Shown: in pieces, positions 36,775 to 50,056 of the stretch | Layout: every line of letters begins with the position of its first letter | How positions within the stretch are numbered: the stretch's first letter is position 1 | Origin: Squalus acanthias | Taxonomy: Eukaryota | Direction of reading: 5' to 3' | Length of the DNA: 64,000 nt | NCBI GenBank assembly: GCA_030390025.1 | Contig: CM059432.1 | Span: 868,001-932,000 of the forward strand | Program-made: the position numbers and the translations under genes | Notes under the pieces: generated by a model | Databases searched by the model: none | Seen by the model: only the letters and a program-made list of their open reading frames with translations | What the model was told of the DNA's origin: nothing

Positions 36775-38395
36775 GTGAGCGCTTACCATTTACATTGAGC
36801 ATTGATTGGTGTCCTGTCAGTGCAGGCTCTTCTCGCTCGAAGTTGCCGTAAGGCATCTTTACTGCCGTTCTAGATTGTGCATTAGGGCCGCAGGGAGTAA
36901 CCTCATAACGTGCAGTGGCAATGAAAGAGTAAATGAGCAAAAACATATTTTATTAATTTCTGTTAACTCCTTTCAACTGTAAATTACATTCTAGTGAAGA
37001 TATTTTGGGCCTGATTAGACCAATGGGTCATTCTTTACTGCCCAGATTATCCACAGGAACAGTTCGTGTGATGTTTTACAATATTTATTTTGACTTTGAA
37101 TTAAAATCTAGTAAGCTAAAATGAAACGGTATTTATAAAACATTGTCAAAATGATGGCAGTGTTTAATTGAAGCAAAGGTATATTACACCAATTGCTACA
37201 AAACAAATTTCTAACTTTTCTGCTATTAAGTAAATATTCTTATCAGGAGGACAAAGTTATGATTATTTTTTTGTACGAGATTTCTTCAAAAAGCAATCTG
37301 AGAAGTATCCAGTTGTAAACCATTCTCGAATTCAGCACCTTTTTTTAATATTTATTCACAGGATGTGGGCGTTGCTGGCAAGGCTGGCATTTATTGCTCA
37401 TCCCTAATTGCCCTTGAGAAGGTGGTGGTGAGCTGCCTCATTGAACCACTGCAGTCCGTGTGGTGAAGGTGCTCCCACAGTGCTGTTAGGGAGGGAGTTC
37501 CAGGATTTTGACCCAGTGACAATGAAGGAACGGCTGATCTATTTCCAAGTCAGGATGGTGTGTGACTTGGAGGGGAACTTGGAGGTGGTGGTGTTCCCAT
37601 GTGCCTACTGCCCTTGTCCTTCTAGGCAGAAGAGGTCTCGGGTTTGGGAGGTGCTGTTGAAGAATTAGACATGTGAAAAAAGCATTTTTCTACTAATTCT
37701 GCTTGTGAAATTCAGTCATTATCGAACAACTTCATTTCTCTGTTTAAGTGACATAAATGAGGATAGTGGGCTAGCTTTCTTTCTACTTTCAGTTCATGAA
37801 GTCTGTAAAAGGACCTACAGTAAGATCATTCCATGGGGTACTGGGATAGAAGTTCAACCCCTTCCCCTCCTGTTGTGAGTTCCTGGTCTCTGCTGTATTG
37901 CTGTGCCTATGTCAGCTCACCCACACCTGAGGCAGGAAAGGGGTTTTGGATGGGGAAATCATCACTGTACTGCGCTCATGTGGTAAGCCTAAGAGTGGCA
38001 TTGATGAAGATCTAGAGCAGGTCACCTGCTCACCATCTCAGCTGCAAGAAAAACAAAAAGGTGGGAAAGAACAATGAGAAACCTTAGAAGGTAGCCAAAC
38101 CTAAAAATACTCTTCTTTCGATGGAGATTAGGAACTTATTGTGTGTGAAAACCCAACCACTAAACCATTTGTTATCACACTATAGACCAGCATGACAGAA
38201 CTTGAAACCCCTGAACCAGCATGATCTGTTCTCCAGTATCAACAGAACACGGTGGAACAATGCTCTTAATACTATAAGGAGGAATGAATGTAGTAAAATG
38301 CATTGGAGTGGAAAATGTCAATGTACACTGATAGGCAGTTTTGCTTTGGTCCTGAAGTATTGACTTTCCAGTCATTTGCTTTTGTTCTCTTACAG

Positions 38396-38536
38396 ATTGT
38401 AAATGTAATGTGCAGGGTACAGTGGCGAATACTTGTTACGTGGATCCTTACACTCAGCGCTGTGATTGCAAACCTCACTACACCGGTCCCTACTGTAATC
38501 ACTGTGCCACAGGATACTTTGGAAATTACTGTCAAC
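38396..38536 (+). CDS. LAMA3: Laminin alpha exon, LE4 (alpha5-like module)
   Basis: tacAG|...|GTaagt, 141 bp, phase 1-1; (N)CKCNVQGTVANTCYVDPYTQRCDCKPHYTGPYCNHCATGYFGNYCQ. Confidence 0.92.
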
Positions 38537-39283
38537 GTAAGTATATACATAACCAAAAAAGTATTAAGTTGCAAAGTAGTTACATCCGCTATTTAGATAG
38601 ATATTCAGCTGATAGAGAGAAACTATTTCCTCTGGTGGGGGGAGTCCAGAACAAGGGGGCAGAACCTTAAAATTAGAGCCAGGCCGTTCAGGGGTGATGT
38701 CAGGAAGCACTTCTTCACACAAAGGGCAGTGGAAATCTGGAACTCTCTCCCCGCAAAAGGCTGTTGAGACTGGGGGTCAATTCAGAATTTCAAAACTGAT
38801 AGATTTTTGTTGGGTAAGGGTATTAAGGGTTATGGAACCAAAGTGGGTAAATGGAGCTGAGATACAGATCAGCCATGATCTAATTGAATGGTGGAACAGG
38901 CTCGAGGGGCCGAATGGCCTCCTCCTGTTCCTATTTCAGCTGAACACAATTGCGCGCCAATGGGGCAAACGGAGAATTACACGATGTAATTTTTGATATA
39001 TTTTTATTAATTTCACACTGAGTCTCACAGCATGTCTAATATTAATAATCAAGCAATATGAAACACTGTGTTAGATAGTATTCCTATTGTGCGTTGTTTT
39101 ATTTGGGACTTATAAATAGGGGCATCGAATACAAGGGCAGGAGGTCACGATCAATTTGTACAAGGCAATGGTTAGGTCATGGTTGGTGTACTGTGTGCAA
39201 TTTTAGGCTCCCCATTATACATTAAAGCCATGAAGAGCGTTCAGCGTAGGTTCACCAGAATGATACCGAGAATGAGACACTCC

Positions 39284-40127
39284 GGGCTGGATTTTCCAAG
39301 CCCCGAGGAGGCGGGCATGGAGGCGGGACAGCCGGTAAACTCGGAGAAAGTGGGGGGCGGATGGCAAACCCGCCCCATCCCGCCTCCGTGCCCTTTTGCC
39401 AGGAGGCGGGAAGATGTGCAGCTTCGGGTCCCGTCTCCTGGAGGCGGGAAAGGCATTATCCTTTTAACTGCCTGTTAACAGGTAGTTAACAGGCAGAAAA
39501 AAGGATTAGTGCCATTTTACCTTCACGGGTGAAGGCTTCCTGACCTCGGAGAACCCCGCCGGGTTGGAGGAGACGTGAAGGAGGTCTGCGCCGGTCGGAG
39601 GCACCTGGAAGTGAGGTGTAGAGGTGAGTGATGGGTGCAAGTGTGGAGTGGTAAGTATGTAAGGTGAGTGATAAGTTTTAAAAAGTGTGCACTTACCTTG
39701 TTTTCTTTCTACAGCCTTTAGCCGCGCTGGATCGGGAGAGCCGATGTTCTCCTTGTCAATTTCACATAATGGCTGTTGGATCCTCCGATCTTACAGACAT
39801 GTGAAATTTACAAAGTTGAAAGGTTTGATGAGTCCTCACCACAAAGTCTCATCAAACTACAGAGAATGTCAGTGTATGACAGCTTCACAGAGCTGTCAAA
39901 CGCTGTCATTTCTTCTTTCAAGAAGTTTTGACAGATAGCATGTCTGACGTTGACGTGATCTGTCAGTGACTTCCTCCCTAATTGGCCTGCTGAGCCCGCA
40001 GGGTGGGCTTAACAAGCTCAATCAGGGGAAAATCCCTCTGATGGGTCAGGCGAGGATGGAGGCGGGACATTGACACGACAAGCAGCAGTCCCGCCTCCAA
40101 CTCGGCTCCATTCACAAAATCCAGCCC
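39284..40127. mobile_element. MITE, Harbinger-type
   Basis: Perfect 12-bp TIR gggctggatttt / aaaatccagccc; lies inside a CR1 fragment (~39100-41130). Confidence 0.8.
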
Positions 40128-40130
40128 TAT

Positions 40131-40975
40131 GGGTGCGATCTTGCCAGCCCTGGGTAGGTGGGTTTGGAGGCGGGACTGCCGGGAAAATGGCAGAATCTGG
40201 GGGCAGGTACCCATCCCGCCCCCAACCCGCCTCCGTGCCATCTTCCCAGGAGTCGGGTAGCCGACCCGTGCCGGGTCCCGTCTCCTGGAGGCGGGAAAGG
40301 GATTACAGCCACTTAACTGCCTGTTAACAGGTAGTTAACAGGCAGTTAAGAGGATTATCCCCATTTTTCCACCAGAGGCGCGGGCTTCCCGATGTCGGGA
40401 AACCCCGCCAGGGTCACCGAGGCGAGCAGTGGGTCTGCGGGGGTCGGAGGGGTGCAAAAGTGCGCTGTGGAGGTGAGTGATGGGTGCAAGTGTGGAGAGG
40501 TGAGTATGTGAGGTGAGTGGAAAGTGATAGAAAATGTTTACTTACCTTTGTTTCTTCCTGCAGGCTTCAACAGTTTGGGATGCGGAGAGTCTCGCATCTC
40601 ACTGGCAGAGATGACAGATGGCTGCTGCATTCTCCAATGCAACAACCATCTGATTTCTGCTCACAAAAGAGGTTTGATGAGTCTTGAATACAAGAACTCA
40701 TCAAACAACAGAGAATGTCAGTGTTTGACAGCTTCACAGAGCTGTCAAACGATGACAATTCATCTGTCAAAAATTTTTGACAGATGAAACGTCATACGCT
40801 GACGTTCTCTGTAACCGGCTTCCCCTTAATTGTCCTGCTAAGCCCACTGGGCGGGCTTAACAAGGTCAATCAAGGGAAAATAGAGTGGGTTGGCCACAAG
40901 TTGATGGAGGCGGGACTAAAACCCGACAAGCAGCAGTCCCGCCTCCAACGCGCCCCCATTGACAAAATTACCCCC
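40131..40975. mobile_element. MITE, diverged paralogue of 39284-40127, in tandem
   Basis: TSD TAT on both sides; colinear similarity to the upstream copy; palindrome ttaactgcctgttaacaggtagttaacaggcagttaa. Confidence 0.8.
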
Positions 40976-41149
40976 TATAGTTCTGAGGAGAGACGGGAAT
41001 CTGGGACTAATTCCCTGGTGCAAGGAAGGAAATTTAATACAGCGTTTTAAAATGACGACAGGTTTTAATAGGGTGAATTGGGAAAGACGGCTCTATTCAG
41101 GGGCTTCAGTGATGAAGGGGCTCATTAATTTAACAAAAATTAAATGTAG

Positions 41150-41275
41150 AGGCTGGAAATCTGAAACCAAAACAGAAAATGCTGGAAACGCTCAGCATGT
41201 CAGGCAGCATCCATGGAGTGAACTGACGAGCTGACCATCTGATGAAGGGTTATGTCTGAAACGTTAACTTGTCAC
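41150..41275 (+). mobile_element. Degenerate copy of the 34413 fold-back family with a hammerhead core
   Basis: gctggaaatctgaaa..aacagaaaatgctggaaac.ctcagc; CTGATGA-agggttatgtct-GAAA-cgTTaac at 41239-41268. Confidence 0.6.
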
Positions 41276-41427
41276 CGCTCTGTAATGTCAGTGTATTACT
41301 GTTGGCATTTTTGTAATTGTTAAAGACTCTTAAATCAGTCCTTATGACTGGCTGTGGTTTTCAGGTTAATTATTCGTGCTGTAACATTATATGAACTGGG
41401 TATATTTCATAGAATCGTAGAATCATA

Positions 41428-41752
41428 AAGAAAGACTTGCATTTATATCGCGCTTTACAGCCAATGAAGTACTTTTGGAGTGTAGTCACTGTTATAATGT
41501 AGAAAACGCGGCAGCCAATTTGTGCACAGCAAGCTCCCACAAACAGCAATGTGATAATGGCCAGGTAATCTGTTTTTTTGTTACGTTGATTGAGGGATAA
41601 ATATTGGCCAGGACACCGGGGAGAACTCCCCTGCTCTTCGTCAAAACAGTGGCCATGGGATCTTTTACGTCCACCTGAGAGAGCTCTGCACTGCCCTAGA
41701 ATGTCAGCCTAGATTTTTGTGCTCAGGTCTCTGGAGTGGGCCTTGAACCCAC

Positions 41753-41794
<42 letters not shown>

Positions 41795-41801
41795 GGCTGA
41801 C
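41428..41801 (-). mobile_element. DeuSINE (internally deleted), followed by a CR1 tail to ~42030
   Basis: Head and tail match the other DeuSINE copies. Confidence 0.78.
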
Positions 41802-43222
41802 AATCATACAGCACTGAAGGAGGCCAGTCAGCCCATCGTGCCTGTGCCAGCTCTTTGAAAGAGCTCTCCAATTAGTCCCACTCCCCCACTTGCCCCTCCC
41901 CCTCCCCCCCCCCGCTCTTTCCCCTGGAGCCCTGCAAATGTTTCCTTTTCAAATATTTATCCAATTGCCTCTTGAAAGTTATTATTGAATCTGCTTCCAC
42001 CGCCCTTTCAGGCAGCGCGTTCCAGATCAGTGACTTGTCACTTTTCTGATAGTGTAGCGCAGGTGCCCAGAGCTGTATGTTTGTTTTAAATGCTCTTTTG
42101 CTTTTGTTCTGACTTGCTCAGGCAACTACAAGCAGTCCTGTTCTGTGCCCTTCCCTTTCTTTTTAGGTCCCCTTGCCACACATCTCTCTTTCCCAGACAC
42201 GAGGACAGGGAAATAACTAGTTTCTACGTCTTTGTCAAAGTTGTTTGGTAACCGAATGCTGGAAGGTGACATTTAACACTTCCTATCAACTAAGACAAGC
42301 GATCAAAAGAATTCATATCCCAAGAGATAGTGCATATGTACATTACTCTCAGCAAAAGCTAATTGATGATGCGTCTATTTACTCCTTAAACAAAAGAACT
42401 AGGTAACAGGATTTGAAACAGGATCGAAGATTACAGAGATAAGCAAACATGCTGGTAGAGTGGGATGAATTAAGGTGGGAGGAGGCTCATGTGGAGCATA
42501 AATACCGGCATGGACCTCTTGGGCCTGTTTCTGTGCTGTAAATTCTATGTAAAAACATCGAGATGCTCAAATGCTTCTTGGAACATGTCCTGCTAGGACC
42601 CTGAAAAAAGTAATTAGTGGAAAACATGTGAGCAAGTTTGAATAATGGTGGTGTAAACGTTGATAGGTAGTGGGCAAAGATTTTGTCTAATTACTTTGCG
42701 TAGAGCAACATCATAAACATAGTGGGAACGCTTCCTCTGTTCACTATTTCAAGTGAAATTGTACTGAATAATGATTAGCAGTTCTCTGGTTGTACAGTCC
42801 CCATTGGCAGGAGAGGCTGAAGAGGAGCCCCCGTAAAATTCCTTCTGCCTGGTTCTTCCTCCCATTATTTTCCCCCTTTCTCCTGCACCCTACCCCTGAA
42901 AACCGTCTGGCTTCTGAGGGACAGGCAGCAGCTCTTTACCGGCTGCTGGTGCTGAAACTCCTGCCGCAACGCCCGGCACATCCAGCAAACCACCAAGAAC
43001 GGCAGGAAAATATTCAAATGAGTTGACCTTGTGTTATTGGGTGACATTTGCGAGCCTGAATGGCATTGGTTGCAATGCACAGGGACCATATCAGCTGCAT
43101 AGCGATCAGATACAATTCCCCATCCCCCCGCACCCGCCGTCTCCATCCTGGAGCATTGCTTGGGGTAAGAAAGAGATCTTGAGTATGCTTCCATGTTGTA
43201 ATTTCTTGTAGTTATGCCTGTC

Positions 43223-43922
43223 GAGGCAGAGTTCCCACTTGTTTTCGCTCGTTATATCAACACAATCCGGGTGGAATCAGCCGAACCAGTGCAAAAGATC
43301 GGGGGAATTTTAAACATAAGTGAGTTACGCCCAAAACCACTTACCCTCGTGTTTTCTGTGATCTCTAATGCTGGTTCAAGATTCAATTCGCCCGGATCAG
43401 GCCACGCCCACAAAACCGGCCCCGCCCCCAGGTCGACATTGCGAGATTCCCCCTATTGTGCTGGCTCGTGAAGGCCCTTCAAATTGAACTCATTTTCTTC
43501 GGCACACAGGCACTAGTCGGCAACTTTGAAAAGTTTTTTCATGTCAAATAATATTTAATTGACTAAGTAACTGACTAGTGTCCACCAATGAAAGTAGTAA
43601 ATAGTTCAGGATAGTTTTTTAAAGTTATTTTCAGTGATTTTAAAGCACAGTTGAAGGACTGGACACCCTAATGAATAATGCTTATTTTTGGTGATGAACC
43701 CATTTTCAGCTGTATTAAGAACACTGCATCGCGGTGGTTACCACTCTTAAACACATCAAGGAATACGTTTTAATGAAAAGAAAAAAAAGAAACGTTTACG
43801 TTCTATTACGCTGCCCAATTGCGCTGGTTCATGGAGGATTTTACGTTTGTGATTATGCAAATGAATTTTAACAGAAACTTGAACTACGACCTAACCAGCG
43901 CCTGAAGTGGAAACTGTACCCC
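43223..43922. mobile_element. Older MITE
   Basis: Imperfect 18-bp TIR gaggcagagttcccactt / aagtggaaactgtacccc; flanks GTC/GTA. Confidence 0.55.
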
Positions 43923-44077
43923 GTAATGCCTAAGCCCATCTCCAGCCCTGTACCCAATCCAGTCTCACGACAGGCTACACTGTACCAGAGCTCTGTGCTT
44001 ACTTACCCTGCCTTCAGTGATTTAAGACCACGTCTCCTATGTGTGCATCGCTTTAACACTATGTAATATTTGTTTAG

Positions 44078-44215
44078 AATGCCAGTGTTACAGTGCTGGC
44101 GTGACACGTCAAGTGTGTGACCCAAACACTGGACAGTGTTTGTGTCGAAGTGGATTTCAAGGCTACTTCTGCGAAAGCTGCTCGACAGGGTATTTCCGGT
44201 TTCCATTCTGCGACT
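44078..44215 (+). CDS. LAMA3: Laminin alpha exon, LE5 (alpha5-like module)
   Basis: tttAG|...|GTaagt, 138 bp, phase 1-1; (Q)CQCYSAGVTRQVCDPNTGQCLCRSGFQGYFCESCSTGYFRFPFCD. Confidence 0.92.
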
Positions 44216-44883
44216 GTAAGTAACATTTACTACTGCTGTTAGAAAATAGCCCTGCATATTTAGCTTCAGCTGGAAGAAACAATGTTCTCATTTCACCCTT
44301 CAGTCACACAACCTGCGTGTCAGATTAGATTTATTTTTTAACACTCCTTTCCAGAAATTTCAAGTTCTAAATAGAAAGAGACATGTCCAGACTAATACAA
44401 AGTACTGATAACAAATGGCAATCAACATTTTAATATCATTAATATAGGCTTAGCGGTATAAGCATGGTAGAATCAGAGAGTGATACGGCAAAGGTGACAT
44501 CCGTCTTTCAGACGTGACGTTAAACCGAGGCCCCGTCTGCCCTCTCAGGTGGATGTAAATGATCCCATTTCGAAGAAGAGCAGGGGAGTTCTCCCCGGTG
44601 TTCTGGCAAATATTTATCACTCAACCAACATCATAAAAAAAAACAGATGATCTGGTCATTATCACATTGCTATTTGTGGGAGCTTGCTGTGTGCAAATTG
44701 GCTGTCGCATTTCCCTTTGTGTGAAGAAGTGCTTCCTGACGTCACTCTTGAAAGGCCTGGCTCTAATTTTAAGGTTGCGCCCCCTTGTTCTGGACTCTCC
44801 CATCAGAGGAAATAGTTTCCCTCTATCATAAGCCCTTTAAAAACCAAATGTCTGGATTTTCTCGGTGTGTTTTCTGCTGGTGA

Positions 44884-47304
44884 CCCGCTCTCTCCCCCCG
44901 AGCCCCGCTCTCTCCCCCCGAGCCCCGCTCTTTCCCCCCGAACCCCGCTCTCCCCCCCCGAGCCCTGCTCTCCCCCCCCCGAGCCCCGCTCTCCCCCCCC
45001 GCCGAGCCCCGCTTTCCCCCCCCGAGCCCTGCTCTCTCCCCCCGAGCCCCGCTCTCTCCCCCCGAACCCCACTCTCCCCCCCCCGAGCCCCGCTCTCTCC
45101 CCGCCCGAGCCCCGCTCTCTCCCCCCGAGCCCCGCTCTCTCCCCCCGAGCCCCGCTCTCTCCCCCCGAGCCCCGCTCTCTCCCCCCGAGCCCCGCTCTCT
45201 CCCCCCGAGCCCCGCTCTCTCCCCCCGAGCCCCGCTCTCCCCCCCCGAGCCCCGCTCTCCCCCCCCCGAGCCCCGCTCTCCCCCCCCGCCGAGCCCCGCT
45301 TTCCCCGCCCGAGCCCTGCTCTCTCCCCGCCCGAGCCCCGCTCTCTCCCCCCCCGAGCCCCGCTCTCTCCCCCCGAGCCCCGCTCTCTCTCCCCCGAGCC
45401 CCGCACTCTCGCCCCCCGAGCCCCGCTCTCACGCCCCGAGCCCCGCTCTCTCGCCCCGAGCCCCACCCTCTCCCCCCACCCCAAGCCGCGCGCTCTCCCC
45501 CCCACCCCGAGCCCCGCTCTCTCCCCCCACCCCCGAGCCCCGCTCTCTCCCCCCACCCCGAGCCCCGCTCTCCCCACCCCCGAGCCCTGCTCTCCCCCCC
45601 GCCGAGCCCCGCTCTCTCCCCCCCCCGAGCCCCGCTCTCTCCCCCCCGAGCCCCGCTCTCTCCCCCCTGAGCCCCGCTCTCTCCCCCCCCACCGAGCCCC
45701 GCTCTCTCCCCCCCCCCCCGAGCCCCGCTCTCTTCCCCCCCGAGCCCTGCTCTCCCCCCCGAGCCCGCTCTCTCCCCCACCGAGCCCCGCTCTCTCCCCC
45801 CGAGCCCCGCTCTCTCCCCCCCCGAGCCCCGCTCTCTCCCCCCCCCCCGAGCCCCGCTCTCTCCCCCCCCGAGCCCCGCGCTCTCTCTCCCCCCCCCCAA
45901 GCCCGCTCTCTCCCCCCCCCGAGCCCCCGCGCTCTCTCTCTCCCCCCCCCGAGCCCCGCTCTCTCCCCCCACCCCGAGCCCCGCTCTCTCCCCCCCACCC
46001 TGAGCCCCGCTCTCCCCACCCCCGAGCCCTGCTCTCCCCCCCGCCGAGCCCCGCTCTCTCCCCCCCCCGAGCCCCGCTCTCTCCCCCCCGAGCCCCGCTC
46101 TCTCCCCCCCGAGCCCCGCTCTCTCCCCCCCTCCCGAGCCCCGCTCTCTCCCCCCCCCCCGAGCCCCGCTCTCTTCCCCCCCGAGCCCTGCTCTCCCCCC
46201 CCGAGCCCCGCTCTCTCCCCCACCGAGCCCTGCTCTCTCCCCCACCGAGCCCCGCTCTCTCCCCCCCGAGCCCCGCTCTCTCCCCCCCGAGCCCCGCTCT
46301 CTCCCCCCCCCCGAGCCCCGCTCTCTCCCCCCCGAGCCCCGCTCTCTCCCCCCCCCTGAGCCCCGCTCTCTCCCCCCCCCCGAGCCCCGCTCTCTCCCCC
46401 CCCCGAGCCCCGCTCTCTCCCCCCCCCCGAGCCCCGCTCTCTCCCCCCGAGCCCCGCTCTCTCCCCCCCGGGCCCCGCTCTCTCCCCCCCCCGAGCCCCG
46501 CTCTCTCCCCCCCCACCCGAGCCCCGCTCTCTCCCCCCCCACCCCGAGCCCCGCTCTCTCCCCCCGAGCCCCGCTCTCTCCCCCCCGAGCCCCGCTCTCT
46601 CCCCTCACCCCGAGCCCCGCGCTCTCCCCCCCCCGAGCCCCGCTCTCTCCCCTACGAGCCCCACTCTCTCCCCCCAGGCCCCGCTCTCCCCCCCCCCGAG
46701 CCCCGCTCTCTCCCCCCGAGCCCCGCTCTCTCGCCCCGAGCCCCGCCCTCTCCCCCCACCCCGAGCCCCGCTCGCTCCCCCCCACCCCGAGCCCCGCTCT
46801 CTCCCCGCACCCCGAGCCCCGCTCTCTCCCCGCACCCCGAGCCCCGCTCTCTCCCCCCGAGCCCCGCTCTCTCCCCACCGAGCCCCGCTCTCTCCCCCCC
46901 GAGCCACGCTCTCTCCCCCCCCGAGCCCCGCTCTCTCCCCCCCCGAGCCCCGCTCTCTCCCCCCCCCGAGCCCCGCTCTCTCCCCCCGAGCCCCTCTCTC
47001 TCCCCCCCCGAGCCCCGCTTTCCCCCCCCCCGAGCCCCGCTCTCTCCACCCCGAGCCCCGCTCTCTCCCCTGCCGAGCCCCGCTCTCTCCCCCGCCGAGC
47101 CCCGCTCTCTCCCCCGCCGAGCCCCGCTCTCTCCCCCCCCCGAGCCCCGCTCTCTCCCCCTCCCGAGCCCCGCTCTCTCTCCCCCCCGAGCCCCGCTCTC
47201 TCCCCCCGAGAACCGCTCTCTCCTCCCGAGCCCCGCTGTCTCTCCCCGCCCCGAGCCCCGCTCTCTCCCCCCGAGCCCCGCTCTCTCCCCCCCACCCCGA
47301 GCCC
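44884..47304 (+). repeat. 2.4-kb C-rich minisatellite, unit CCGAGCCCCGCTCTCTCCC(C)n (~20-26 bp, roughly 110 units)
   Basis: Directly visible tandem array with extreme C/G strand skew. Confidence 0.97.
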
Positions 47305-47364
47305 AGTTCCCCCCCACCCCTGATTTCAACCCAGCTGGAAACATATTCTACATTCTTGTGGAAA

Positions 47365-47852
47365 CCATTCAAATAATGAGGCTTTGGAGATGGTACAGAA
47401 GAGAATGACTGGAATGGTTCCAGGGATGAGGGAATACGGTTACGTGGAGAGACTGGCGAAGCTGGGGTTGTTCTCCTTGGAGCAGAGAAGGCTGAGAGGA
47501 GATTTGATAGACGTGTTCAAAATCATTATCGAGTAAATAAAGAGAAACCGTTTCCATTGGCTGAAGGGTCGATAACGAGAGGGCACAGATTTCAGGTGAT
47601 TGGCAAAAGAACCAGAGGCGACATGAGGGAAAACTTTTTTACGCAACGAGTGGTTAGGATTTGGAATGCGCTGCCTGATCGGGAGGTGGAAACAGATTCA
47701 ATAGCAGCCTTCAAAAGGGAATTGGATAAATACTTGAAGGAGAAAAAATTGCAGGGATACGGGGAAAGAGCGAGGGAGTGGGACTGACTGGATTGCTCTT
47801 CGAAAGAGTCAGCGCAGACTCGATGGGCCGAATGGCCTCCTTCTGTGCTGTT
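47365..47852 (+). mobile_element. CR1 3' fragment
   Basis: ORF 47557-47787 TRGHRFQVIGKR...FFTQRVVRIWNALP. Confidence 0.83.
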
Positions 47853-48664
47853 GATACACCCCTTTGGCACGAGAAAAGGAAGAATTACTTGACTCATTGC
47901 CGAAATGAAAAGTTTTACGCTGTGGAAAATTTCAAGTTGAAGGTTTGTGAGAGAATGCCCTTGGATAAAGGGGTTTCATTACTTGATTAAAAAAGAACCA
48001 AAAGCGTTTCACCCAAACAAATCAAAAATCATGCACTGAGGAATTTCTGTCCCTTAATTGGCACTTCGAGATCCCAGGACTCAGCTGGTGCTCGATACAG
48101 AAAAATTCAAAATAGGTCGCAGCCAGAATAGCAGAGGGAGCATCATTCTGTAACTGGCCTGTGCATAACTCATCTGAGGATTCAGGCTGAGTACAAAAAA
48201 TTAATCTCACTCAGAAATTACCACCAGAAGGAAAATATTTCAAGGTACTAAGGCTGGAGTAAAGTGGCAGAGGTTAATGTCTCTTCTGATCTACCTTTCC
48301 TGCTCCTGACGCACTGCCTTGCTACCACTTCCCCAGCACCCCAACCTACCCAACAAGCTGTGGCTGAGGTTGGGAACCCATCAATTGCAGGAATTAGAAT
48401 CATAGAATCACACAGCACACAAGGAGGCTACTCGGCCCATCGTGTCTGTGCCGGCTCTTTGAAAGATCGATCCAATTAATCCTACTTTCTCCATAGTCCT
48501 GCAGGTTTTTCCCCCTTCAAGTATTTATCCAATTCCCTTTTTGAAAGTTACTGTTGAATCTGCTTCCACCGCCCTTTCAGGCAGCGCATTCCAGATCACA
48601 ACAACTCGCTGCGTAAAAAACAAACTCCTCTCTCCCCTCTGGCTCTTTTGCCAATGACCTTAAA

Positions 48665-49765
48665 TTGCAGCATTGAACCTGGCTTCTGGACAGAAAGCAG
48701 AGAGTAGGGGTAAAGGGTAGCTATTCAGTGGCAGAGGGTGGGTAGTGGTGTTCCACAAGGATCAGTGCTGGGACCACTGCTGTTCACAATTTATATTAAC
48801 GATTTAGACGTTGGAATCAAAAACACAATTTCTAAATTTGCGGATGACACCAAATTGGGCGGGATAGTCAATACTGAGGAGGACTGCAACAAATTACAGG
48901 AGGACATTAATAAACTTGCAGAATGGGCAAATAATTGGCAAATGAAGTTCAACACAGATAAATGTGAGGTATTACATTTTGGTAGGTAGAATAGGGAGGT
49001 CACTTATCACTTGGAGGGTGCGAGTCTGGATGGGGTAGAGGAACAAAGGGATCTAGGAGTACAAATACACAAATCACTAAAAGTTGCGACACAGGTTAGC
49101 AAGGCCTTAAAAAACGCATGATGCCAAGCACTAGGGTTTATTTCTAGAGGGATAGAATTGAAAAGTAGGGAAGTTATGCCAAACCTGTATCGAACCTTGG
49201 TTAGACCACACTTGGAGTACTGCGAACAATTCTGGTCGCCATATTCTGAAAAGGATATAGAGGCACTGGAGAGGGTGCAGAGAAGATTTACAAGGATGAT
49301 ACCAGAAATGCGAGGGTATACATATCAGGAAAGGATGAACAGGCTGGGTCTCTTTTCTCTTGAAAAAAGAAGGCTGAGGGGTGACCTAATAGAGGTCTTT
49401 AAAATTATGAAAAATTTTGATAGAGTGGATAGAGAGAGAATGTTTCCACTTGTGGGGAAGAGCATAACTAGGGGCCATCAATATAAGATAGTCATCAAGA
49501 AATCCAATAGGGAATTCAGAAGAAACTTCTTTACCCAGAGAGTGGTGAGAATGTGGAACTCGCTACCACAGGGAGTGGTTGAAGCGAATAGTATCGATGC
49601 ATTTAAGGGGAGGCTAGATAAGCATATGAGGGAGAAGGGAATAGAGGGTTACGCTGATAGATTTAGATGAAGAAAGACGGGAGGAGGCTCGTGTGGAGCA
49701 TAAACGGCAGCATGGTTGGGCCGAACGGCCTGTTTCTGTGCCGTATATCCTATGTAATCCGATGT
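48665..49765 (+). mobile_element. 5'-truncated CR1 LINE, decayed
   Basis: SGVPQGSVLGPLLFTIYINDL...KFADDTKL and RPHLEYCEQFWSP; internal stop at 48987-48989. Confidence 0.92.
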
Positions 49766-50056
49766 AAAAACCTGTGTCTTGTAACTCGATGATACATCAA
49801 TCATTGTGATGCAAGTTTCCTGTCTCTAAAAATTTAAACTTGGATTTAGAATGATTTACGAACCTATCAGATTATCTGGTCATCATCACACCGCTGTCCG
49901 TGGGAGCCCGTTGCGCGCAAACCGGCCACTGCGCCTCCCACACCACAACAGCGACTACACTTCAAAAATGCCTCATTGGCTGAAAAGCGCCCTCAGATGT
50001 CCTGAGGTCATGGGAGGCATTTAGATGTGTATCTGGAGAGAGAAAGGATTGAGAAA

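Noticed and set aside
44803..47408. Very long ORFs (830, 847, 559 aa) rich in G/E/R or P/S
   Set aside because: Translations of a stop-free C-rich minisatellite, open in several frames on both strands; not a gene.
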